DNA from: Camelus dromedarius
Taxonomy: Eukaryota
NCBI RefSeq assembly: GCF_036321535.1
Contig: NC_087437.1
Location: 88,414,001 to 88,478,000, forward strand
Length of the DNA stretch: 64,000 nt
Direction of reading: 5' to 3'
Under the pieces are notes generated by a model. The model searched no databases, was not told the DNA's origin, and worked only from the letters and a program-made list of their open reading frames with translations. Below are positions 40,189 to 50,280 of the stretch, piece by piece. Each line of letters opens with the position of its first letter. Position 1 is the stretch's first letter. The translations under genes and the position numbers were made by a program.

Positions 40189-40758
40189 CTTTAGACACCT
40201 CTCCCAGCGAGGCAGCAATATCGCTCCTCTATCGTGATGGAGACCCTGGGAGAGGCCCTGTGCCTTATTCAGTGGGACACTGGGCCACTATCCCCAGTGA
40301 TTCGAATTTCTTTCTAACTATTTAGTGCTTTGATAAGAGGCACATTCCACTCCCCCCTCCCCAGCCCCATCAACATATTTGGGATCTAATCCTGGTGGGC
40401 AGAGGTAGGAAAAAAGGACTTCCTCATTCTACCTCTTCCTTTACCTGAGTCTCTGTCTCCACCAACACAGAAGTCTCTTTATTTCCCTCCAAGTTGCATG
40501 GAGGCTCCTTTATATTGCATTCTGGTTTCTTTCCACCAGCGTAGTTTCTGGTGTACCTTCAAGGCAGAAGCCCTGGGTTTTTACTCGCTTATATGACTGT
40601 AAGGATTTTAGAAGATACATTTCTCTCTCAAAAACATCTGGCTATTAAGACTATGGTTCCCCTAGGGATTCAAAACCTATTATGATAATCCTAGTTTCTC
40701 TTTGCATCTCTGATTTAACAATCTTAATCTTTTCTGAGGTAAAACACATGCATCTGGA

Positions 40759-41148
40759 CAGTGGTGTGCTGATAGTTAACAACTGACTATTTTTTGGCAG
40801 TGTGTTGATTTGTAGTGATTGCCTATTTCTGTTGTCTAAAAACCATGCTATTCCACTGAGCTGACGTGAGATCATTATTAAAGCCAGAGAAGAAAAGAGA
40901 TGAGGTATATCATAAGTATTTTTACCATACAGATGCAATAGTAGTAAGTAACTTAATAAATATTAATAATATGTAGTAAAATAATTGAGGGATGAGTTTT
41001 GAGTACTTGTTACCTTCTTTTTAAGTATAATTTACTTAGATGTAGATTTATAGAATTTAATTTTTAACAACCAACACTTTACCAGATTCCTGAAAATTTA
41101 ATCATTAGCTCCTGTTAGCTGGTACAAGTCAGATCCAGCATACCACTT
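40759..41148. mobile_element. MER63-like hAT-Blackjack element (~390 bp)
   Basis: Terminal inverted repeats cagtggtgtgctg (40759) / cagcataccact (to 41147); subterminal attcctgaaaatttaa...gctggtacaag. Confidence 0.75.
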
Positions 41149-41187
41149 GCTCTGAATTGCTAGCAGGAAAAGATATATAAAGAAACA

Positions 41188-43436
41188 ACAATACTGCAAT
41201 GAACATGGGAGCACAAATATCTCTTAGAAATACTGATTTCAATTATTTTGAATATATACCCAGAACTGGGACTGCTAGATCTTATGGTAGTTTTATTTTT
41301 AATTTTTTCAGGAACCTCCATACTATTTTCCATAGAGGTTGCACCATTTTACATTCCCACCAACAGTGTATAAGAGTTCCAACTTCTCCACATTCTCACC
41401 AACACTTGTTATCTTCTGTTTGGTTTTTTTGTTTTTTGTTTTGATAATAGCTATCCTAACAGGTGTGAGGCAATATCTTATTGTAGTAATAATTTGTGTT
41501 TTCCTCATAAGTAGTGATGTTGTGCACCTTTTTGTATAACTGTTGAGCATTTCTATGTCTTCTTTGGAGAAATGTCTGTCCAAGTCCTTTGCCCATTTTA
41601 AAAATCAGGCTTTTTTTTTTTTTTTTTTTTTTTTTTGCCTTTGAGTTGTGGGAGTTCCTTGAATAACCTTTTATCAAATATGTGGTTTACATATATTCTC
41701 TACCATTCTGTGCATTGCCTTTTCATTCTGTTGATTGTTTCCTTTGCTCTGCAGCAGCTCTTCAGTTTGATACAGTCTCACTTGTCTATTTTCATTTTAT
41801 GCCAGTGCCCTTGGTGTGATAACTAAGCAGTCATTGCCAAGAATGAGATCAAGAAGCTTTTCCCCTATATTATCTTCTAGGAGTTTTACAGTTTCAAGTA
41901 TTTCATTTAAGCCTTTAATCCATTTTGTGTTGATTTTCCCATTGAATATTCTTGGCACTGTTTTAAAGATCAGTTGACCATATATACATAGGTTTATTTC
42001 TGTACTTTCTATTCTATTTCGTTGTTCTGTATATCTGTCCTATGTTAGTAACATAACTTTTAAACTACTGTAGCTCTAATATATTTTGAAATCAGGAAAT
42101 GTGATGCCTCCAGCTTTCTTCTTATTTCTCAAAATGACTTTGGCTATTCTGGGTCTTTTGTGATTTCATATGAATTTTAGGATTGCTTTTTAATATTTCT
42201 GTAAAAAATTCCATTGGAATTTTGATCATTTTGGGTAGTGTGGACACTTTAACAGTATTAAGTCTTCCAATCCATGAATGTGGGATGCCTTTCCATTTAT
42301 GTGTTTCTCTTTTACTTTCTTTCATCAGAATTTTGTAGTTTTCAGCATACAAGTATCAAGCTGAACACAAATGAGGAAAGTGGACACCTTTGTCTTGTTC
42401 CTGGAACATGTGATTTTTATTCTTCATTATATTATTGTGATGTGTCACATTTATTGATTTATGTGTATTGAGCCATCCTTGAATCCTAGGGATAAATCTC
42501 ACTTAGTCGTGCTCTTTGACTGTGACCATAGCTTGGCACTGAATTAGATAAGACAGCTTGTTAAAATACTCATTGGAGTTAAAATTTACTCTGGTTCTAA
42601 TGTAGATGAGGCCTATAGACTGTGTGAAAAAAATCTCATGTCTTCTGGAAGCAACAGTCTGGCAAAAAACATCATTGGAGTCCATCAGTTTATGATTTCA
42701 AGTTGGATCTTGCAGTGTATTATTTAGAGGATTTAACAGAACTGAGTCTCAGGTTTCTCCCTGTAAAATGAATATAAGTAGTTCCTGAGTGGTGGTTATA
42801 ATAGTACAATAAATTTACTCATGAAAAATGAGAAATGCTATTTATTGCACAGTTGATAAAAATCCTTATTTTTCACTTGCGAAAAACTGTCACAGAAAGA
42901 ACAAAAATGAACACAGTGAAACTCTCATTGTACAGGACTCATAGGCAATACATTTACCAAATAATAAGGAAAATGGTATTTGTCCTGTAGAATTTAATTA
43001 TGCACTTCAATTTTTTTTAACTTGGTGAAAAAAATTATTTTTTAAATGTGCTTTTGAATTTAGTTTGCTAGTATTTTGTTGAGCATTTTTACATCTATAC
43101 TCATTAGGAATATTGGTCTGTAGTTTCCTTTGTCTGGCTTTTATTTGCGTATAATGCTGGCCTCATAAAATGAGTTGGAAGTGTTCCCTCCTCTTCAATT
43201 TTTTAGAAGAATTTGAAAACAATTTGGCATTAATTCTTATCATCTTCAGTAGAATTCAGTAGTGAAGCCATCTATCTGGTCCTGGGCTTTTATTTGTTGG
43301 AAAGTTCTGATTACTGATTCAATCCCATTACTAGTAATTGGTCTGTTCTTATTTTCTATTTCTTCATAATTCAGTTTTGGTAGGTTGCATGTGTCTAAGA
43401 ATTTTTCCATTTCCTCTAGGTTAACCAACGTTTTAG
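41188..43436 (-). mobile_element. Inverted 5' segment (ORF2) of an old L1MA/MB-type insertion, interrupted at about 42512-43037
   Basis: Minus-strand translations give L1 ORF2p motifs ([20 protein letters not shown]...[31 protein letters not shown]); internal deletions and a poly-T expansion at 41611-41636. Confidence 0.9.
42536..43036 (+). repeat. Local duplication copy 1 (copy of 44102-44840 lacking ~253 bp)
   Basis: Colinear direct similarity, e.g. ttgttaaaatactc, agttaaaatttactctgg, ctcatgtcttctggaagcaaca, cattggagtccatcagtt, atgaacacagtgaaactc, taccaaataataag in both copies. Confidence 0.92.
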
Positions 43437-44045
43437 CACATAAAGATACAGAAACAACCCAAACATCCATTGACAGGTAAATAGATAAAGAAAATGTGAC
43501 ACATACATATAATGGAATATTATTTAGCCTTCAAAAAGGAAATCATGAGATATGTGAAAATGTGGATGAACGTGGATGACATTATGCTAAGTGAAATTAA
43601 CCAGTTACAGAAAGACAAATACTTATTCCATTTATATGAGCATTTACATAGTCAAACTCATAGAAGCAGAGAATACAATTGTGGTTGCCATGGGCCAGGT
43701 TTGGGTGGGGGGATAGGGAGTTGTTCTTTAATGAACATGAAGTTTCAGTTATGCTAGATTAATAAGTTCTAGAGATCTGTACAACATAATGCCTATAGTT
43801 AACAATATGGTATATGTATTTCAGAATATAAGTGGACAGATCTTACATTCAACGTCTTTGCCACAAAAACAAAACAAAACAAAAAGGAGAACAAGAGAAC
43901 TTTGGAAGATGTTGGATGTGTCCATTATCTTGATTGTGGTGATGCATTATGGATATTGGCATATGTCTGAACTCATCAAATTATACACATTAGGTATGTA
44001 CAATTCTTTGCATAGGCAAAGATACCTTAATCAAGCAGTTAAAAA
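43437..44045 (+). mobile_element. Sense 3' segment (ORF2 end + 3' UTR) of the same old L1
   Basis: gaaacaacccaaacatccattgacag...aatggaatattatttagcc (MEYYLAFKKEI...IMLSEINQLQKDKY), L1MB-type 3' UTR ending aatcaagcagttaaaaa. Confidence 0.9.
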
Positions 44046-44101
44046 TCATGAATGAGAAAACACATTAATATATTTCAAGAAATTTAATTCCCATCACACA
44101 A

Positions 44102-44840
44102 GCACTGAATTGATAAGATACGTTGTTAAAATACTCCTTTTAGTTAAAATTTACTCTGGCTCTAGTGTAGATGAGGCCTAGAAGGACCTCATGTCTTCTG
44201 GAAGCAACAATCCAGCAAAAACATTGGAGTCCATCAGTTCGTGATTTCAGGTTAGGTCTTACAATTCATTATTTAGATGATTTAACAGAGCTGAGTCTCA
44301 GGTTTCTTTCTGCAAAGTGAATATAAATATTTCATGAACAGTGACTATAAAGACACAACAAAGTTAATCATGAAAAATGGGGGGTGCTGTTATTGTGAAG
44401 TTGATGAAAATCCCTATTTTTCACTTGAGCAAAAGTGTCACAGAAAGCACTAATATGAACACAGTGAAACTCACATTTTACAGAACCCACAGTAAATAAA
44501 GCTTAGGTATCCCCCAATGACTCCGAGGCAGTCTTTTGCTAATCCCCCTCTACGAAGCCCTGTGAAAAATGTGGAATTGATTCTTCTGCTGTATCTTTAT
44601 TTAACTTCACAAAAGTAGGGTACAACCTGGTGTAAATGTCATGTTCCTAAAGGGTGCCTGTCCCAAGATGTTGTGATGATGATAGATTGATTAATCAACA
44701 TCCAATTTGACTGTCCATTAAAGTGTTCTCCATAATATATATCAGGCAATACATCTACCAAATAATAAGCAATATGGTATTTGCTCCACAGAATAGAACT
44801 GTACACGTCAAAAAATTATTTACCTTGGTTAAAAAAAATT
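44102..44840 (+). repeat. Local duplication copy 2 (probable source of 42536-43036)
   Basis: Same colinear blocks as 42536-43036, plus an extra segment 44493-44745. Confidence 0.92.
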
Positions 44841-44954
44841 CTTAATTGCAAATTTGATAAGATTTTTCTTTAGTTTAATAGTTCTGAAACATGAAATATT
44901 AAAAATGCCTGAGGGAAGATTCTCTAATAGACATTTTAAAATTGTGGCCAATGT

Positions 44955-45355
44955 CTCTTCTTTCTTTTCCCTTCAGAATAGAAACTCTGGTTTGTGTCTA
45001 AGGTTGTGAACACCCAGTTTAAAGACAACATTTCTCAATCTCCCTTTGCCTCCCGAGCAGATCATGGGACTAATTTCTGATAGAATTGAAGAAGTTTTAC
45101 ATGGCAGCTTTGGGGACCTTTTTTAAAAGGAAGTCACACATAACTGTGACAGCTTTGGCTTCCCTTATTCTCTTTTACTTAGAGGACTCCAGAAACTATT
45201 GTCTGGAGTCACAAGAACAAAGGCCACTTTTTTAGGAATGGGGAAACTTGAACCAAAAGAAGCTTAATGCTTCAAGGGAACAGAGTTGACTTACACAATG
45301 CTTGTGTTAGAATGTTACTTACTAAGACTGAAAGAGACTTGTGATTAAAGCACTG
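44955..45355 (+). mobile_element. Degraded MaLR LTR (MLT1H/I-like)
   Basis: cccagtttaaagacaacatttctcaatctccctttgc...catgggactaatttctg motif of older MLT1 LTRs. Confidence 0.45.
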
Positions 45356-45689
45356 CTATGATTTAAATGGTCAGTTCTAGTTATTCCTTATTTTAGGTAA
45401 TGTAACAGGTGTTTAATATTAACTCTTGCTCTTGTCTACTTTTATCTGTTTTAATCTTTACTATGTTATGTTTATCTTGAACATTTCATTTCATTAAGAT
45501 TCTGTGAACTTAGCTACAAAATAATTTTTTGCTGTTATATTGTAAAATATATTGAAATAGAGCTATAAATTTATTGATAATATTACTTATGTTTATTTAT
45601 TTAACAATCCAATAAGCCATTTCAGTATTCTTAAGAGAGGTCTTTATTTTTGCTTTTTAAAGATATTGACATTTGTATCTTCATATATA

Positions 45690-46340
45690 TCACATATAGT
45701 GATTTCAATGATGCACTGTTCCACTTGAGAATGGTTACTAATACTTAGCCCTATAATTCTCATTATGTACAAGAATTTCCTAAGTATGGCATGATTTCAT
45801 TAAAGATGTTTATTATACTCTAGTCTCATGAAGAAGGAAACTTAGTAATTAACTTAAAGTTTATATTTCTAAATTTGTACTTATGAAATTCATACAAATA
45901 ATTTAAAATTAAAATAAAGTTGAGGGCATTAAACAGGTAACCACTTACATCAAGTCAAAAGAAAGAAATACAGACCCTTCTCATTTAGAGTATTAGCTCA
46001 TCAATGTTAGATAAAAACAAACAGCAGAGAAGATATTTTGGGAGGTGAGAATTCTGCCATTGAACCACCAATGCCCTAGAGAAGATATTTTGGAAATGTT
46101 ATTCAGTCTCTGGCCTGATTAGGTAGCATATGTACATGGGGTTAAAGAGAGTCAAAGGAGAGCAACAAAGTGATATTAGTGGTTTGGTAAATGGGGCTTG
46201 AAGAAGTTAACATTTTTGAGTTGCTTTTTAAAAAAATTTTTTGACGTTGACATTTTACAACTCCCATTGAGTGGGCGTGTAGAAAGGCATTTTTCCAGTG
46301 TACATTTTTTGACTACCTCTTGTGAAATTACCAAACTCTC
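45690..46340 (+). repeat. Old local duplication copy A (paralog of ~49100-49710)
   Basis: Shared colinear blocks: taagtatggcatgatttcattaaagatgttta; ggagagca; tttggtaaatggggcttgaagaa; tttttgagttgc; tttccagt; cttgtgaaattaccaaa. Confidence 0.8.
46040..46074 (-). pseudogene. Tailless retropseudogene of the 5' half of tRNA-Gly(CCC)
   Basis: Minus strand reads GCATTGGTGGTTCAATGGCAGAATTCTCACCTCCC (32/35 to the canonical tRNA-Gly-CCC 5' half as I recall it), ends at the anticodon; perfect 16-bp TSD agagaagatattttgg at 46026-46041 and 46078-46093. Confidence 0.9.
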
Positions 46341-47634
46341 TGTTGGGACGAAGTGGCAGCTCCATCTGCTAGCCTCCTCCAGAAAATAGAACCTGAGCGC
46401 ACAGGACTGCGGTGTCTGAGCAGGGCTAATGGTGCTTGAGGATGACATCCAGAAGAAACTTGTATGGAACATTTCTAAATATTATTCTCAAAGTTTCATG
46501 AGAAAGATGTCATCTTACGAATGTTTCTTATTGCTCTCAAGCAATATTTTTCTAAGAAAATCTTTCTCTTTCTCTTCTTAGTCAAAGAAATACGTTGTTG
46601 CATGTTTTGGCTCTGTTTTGAATCTTGTGGAAGGTGTAGATTCCGTACCCACAGAGAAAGTATCAGCTACCTCAGTGCATTTATTGATATGTTGTAAATA
46701 AAACTGTATTGTTTTGAAGTGTTTATTATCTAATCTTGAAGCATACACTGTATGTTGTAATAAATATTTAGAGATGTATTCACTGTAGTTGATTTGTAAA
46801 AGAAATACTACATTAACCTAGTGTTGGTATTGAGTGCTCTGATGAGATTTGGATATATTTACCATTGAAGTTTAAATCACCAAATAAGAGACCTACAGAA
46901 CTCAAACAGGACTGTTTAATTACTATTTTATAAGAAAGGAAGTGCTATCAGCAGTTACTTGAGTGAAAAGAGGTAGGTAGGGACTTTGATGAAGAGCTAA
47001 GAGGAGTGAAAAACACCTCAAAGGAATAAAATTTATTTTCGCTGTAAATATATTTCATGATTGTACAGAAACATGAAAACTGGCAATTGCTAATGTCTAT
47101 GAAAAGACACAGAAAATGGACATAACAGAAACGATGGTTGACATAGGGGTAGAATTCCAAGATTTTTCAAACTTAGGAGGAGGTTAAAATTTTGTAGCTA
47201 GAGAAAAAAACCCGATTATTAAAGTAACTGCATGTGTGGTGAAATACATTATAAAACTAAAGACTGTGTACTTAGACCTAGCTCCAATCTCTTCCATTAG
47301 TGGGAACACATTTAATTCTAATTCCTTCGCTATCTTTATACTGTTCTCTGCACAGCCTGATCTTCCTCATTCCTGCTCTACAGCATTTTAGACCTACTGC
47401 ATGGCCTCATTTTCACATGTGGGCTAACTGAAGTTGATAAAATTGCAAGCATGGCTACCACTAGATAAATGTCTGGCTTCTGTGACTTCTGTTCTAGTAC
47501 ATTTTCTTCTTTCCTTTAAACACAAATGAAAAAGTGTTAATGAAGCATCGCAGAGGAAAGAGTAAGGAGGGAAAAGACTTATTTGTAAGGAGACAGTGAG
47601 GTGAAGCAGGAACAGGAAAGCTGGAAATAAGTCA

Positions 47635-48850
47635 GCTCAATTCAACTAACACCTTCTGAATTCCCAGACTTGGAATGACATTGTTCTGAGCCCTAGTACT
47701 CCAAAGATTTCTGCCCTCAAGGAGCTAGAAATCCATTAAAAAGGAGAAACATTCTTTTTAACAAATGTTAATTACAAGAAGGTAAGCATCATGAGAGTTG
47801 AAGGAATGAATAGATAAACAGAGCTGACATGCACAGCATGTGCTCACATTTCCTGTGAGCACACAAAGCTGACTCAGAAAACTGCCTGATAGGGAATGAC
47901 ACTTGGCTGAATCTTAATGGAAGAATACTAATTGATGAAAAGAACTGGGAAAGAATCAGGGAAAGGATATTTGAGGCAGAGGCAACAGAATAATCAGAGA
48001 GTATATCTGATGCAAGGAATTCTGGAGTTGGGGAATGTAGTGAGGAGATATTGGAGTAGGCAAGATAAGACTGAGGACCAGAACTAGGATCTTCTTATTT
48101 TGGATAGAGAAGACACATTAGACTTGAGAAATGTTTTGGAAGTAAAAGTCTAAGGCCTTTGGAACTGATTGATGTATACAGTATGAAACAGGCATCCAGA
48201 ATGACTTGGTTGTCTTGCATTACAGTGTTGATGGTAGTGCCAGTATGTGAGCTGAGATTCAGGATGTATAATTCTTGTGGTTAACATGAGGTGAGCTCGC
48301 TGAACAGGAAGTATCTGGAGAACGTCCGGAAATATATCTCCCTCAGGCAGTTTTCTATGAAAATATGAAATCCAGATGCCAAATTAGAGTTACATGCATG
48401 GATATGGACATTACTAGCATGCAGTCTCTTGGTTAAAATATGATAGTAAGTAGTATCACCCAGAAGATAAAGGTAGATTAACATAGAAAAATTCAATGGA
48501 GAAAAATTAGAGTCATAGAAATCAGTAATACCTAATGAGAGAGTGAAGAAAGAAGGTCACAAGGGAAACGATGAAGAAAAAGATTTGAGGAACTGGGAGA
48601 AGAATCAAGAAAATGGCATGTCACAGAAGAAGAGGGAGTAGTTTTCCAGAAGTCAGAAAAGATCAGTACTGTGACATGAACTAGTGAGATCACTGTAGGT
48701 GAAGACTGAGCAATGTCCAGTGGGTTTAAAGAGATGAAGGTTAAATGTGACAATTGCCAGAGGAGTTCCAATGAATGACTGGAGTGTGTCAGGAATAAAT
48801 TGGAAGGGAGGAGATTTAACATTACCTTTTCAAGACTATTGGCTAAGACA
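47635..48850 (-). mobile_element. L2 LINE remnant (~1.2 kb)
   Basis: tctgccctcaaggagctagaa...gacacttggctgaatcttaatggaaga...ggcagaggcaacag...actgattgatgt...tggcatgtcacagaag, all in the expected L2 antisense order. Confidence 0.8.
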
Positions 48851-49099
48851 GAGCACTGTATAAGGATGGGATGTCCTTTTACATAGTATGCGTTCTGGCA
48901 GGAGACTTGGCTAGAGCCCCTGAACTCAAGTTCGTAATAGTCACAACCGTTTTCATTTTATGAACTAAATATTTCCATGTTAATGAATTATGTCCTTTCA
49001 TTATTTTTTGATGAATTTCACTATGAAATAATTTGTGGATACAGCAATCTTCTAAAAATTACATTAATATACTGTTTTTGCCATCTTTAGAATCAGCTC

Positions 49100-49710
49100 A
49101 TGTGTAATAATTTAAATGACACAGAGCTTAACTTTGGATAGCCACTTAAATTTGTGGCTGTCTACTTTTATTTTAGTATGCTAACTGTCTAAGAATGGCA
49201 TGATTTCAGTAATGATGTTTACTGTGCTGTAGATGCACAGAGTGTAAGGATTAAGGACGTAACAATTCACTCATGATGTGTATTTTTTGAGTTACCCTTC
49301 TAAGAAACGTGCAAGTCATATTATAAAAGCGTATCTTAAGTTGATATAGAAGAAAATAAAGGCACCATTAGTTATGTAAATATCAAAGCAAACAATACAA
49401 TAATTTTATTCATATTACCTAATCAATTTTGGAATGCAAGCCAGTGAGAGATAAACTGCACAGAAGACATCTTAGAAATTATACAATAATGCCTTCCCTT
49501 GTCTAAATAACATTTATAAGAGTAGATAGAAAATTTGCAAGAGGAGAGCAGAAATTGTTCTTAGGGATTTGGTAAATGAGGTTTGAAGAAATAAACATCT
49601 TTTTGAGTTGCCTTCCTGTGTTTTTGTCATTTGATAGCCTTCACTGCACATAGAAAACACATTTCCAGTCTATATTTTCTGGCCATCACTTGTGAATTTA
49701 ACCAAATTGC
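49100..49710 (+). repeat. Old local duplication copy B (paralog of ~45690-46340)
   Basis: taagaatggcatgatttcagtaatgatgttta; ggagagca; tttggtaaatgaggtttgaagaa; tttttgagttgc; cttgtgaatttaaccaaa in the same order and spacing. Confidence 0.8.
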
Positions 49711-50169
49711 CCATAAAAATCTTCAGTTTTTCCTGGGCCTTTCAAGTTGTAGAAAAACAGCCAAGTCCTTTAATTTGGTTCATATTTACTTAGATATTCT
49801 TTAAGGTTATTAAAGTTATTTTACAAGACAACCTCACTGTCTTAAAAATGCAGCTATGGTGTGATAACCATTTTGAAGGCTCTCCAATATCTGGATAACC
49901 TCTGCTTCTATGCACAGAAAAGATGGCACTCTCAAGCCCCCTAGCAGATGGACAAGGCCTTCTGACTAATTCTGGGCTGATGAGTACAGGCTGATGTCTG
50001 TCACTTCTTGGCTGGGACAGTGAAGAACTCATGAGCAGTTTTCCTTGGACTTTCCCTGCAGTGTGTGCAGTGTAGTTGTTAAGGAGACAAATTAAGATGA
50101 TGGGTCCAAGAGGTAAAAGGACACTAAATCAATGTTGGTGAATGGGAACTGCTGTCCTGAAGTTGTCTA

Positions 50170-50280
50170 GAACCGTGGCTCACTTTATGTGAATAAGAAA
50201 TAAACATTAGATGTGTTGAGCCACTGGGTTTTGGCAATTATTTGTCACTGAGCACAACCTACCCTATCTTGACCATATAT
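50170..50280 (+). mobile_element. MaLR LTR 3' end remnant
   Basis: aagaaataaac...gtgttgagccactgggttttggcaattatttgtcactgagcacaacctaccctatcttgac. Confidence 0.55.
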
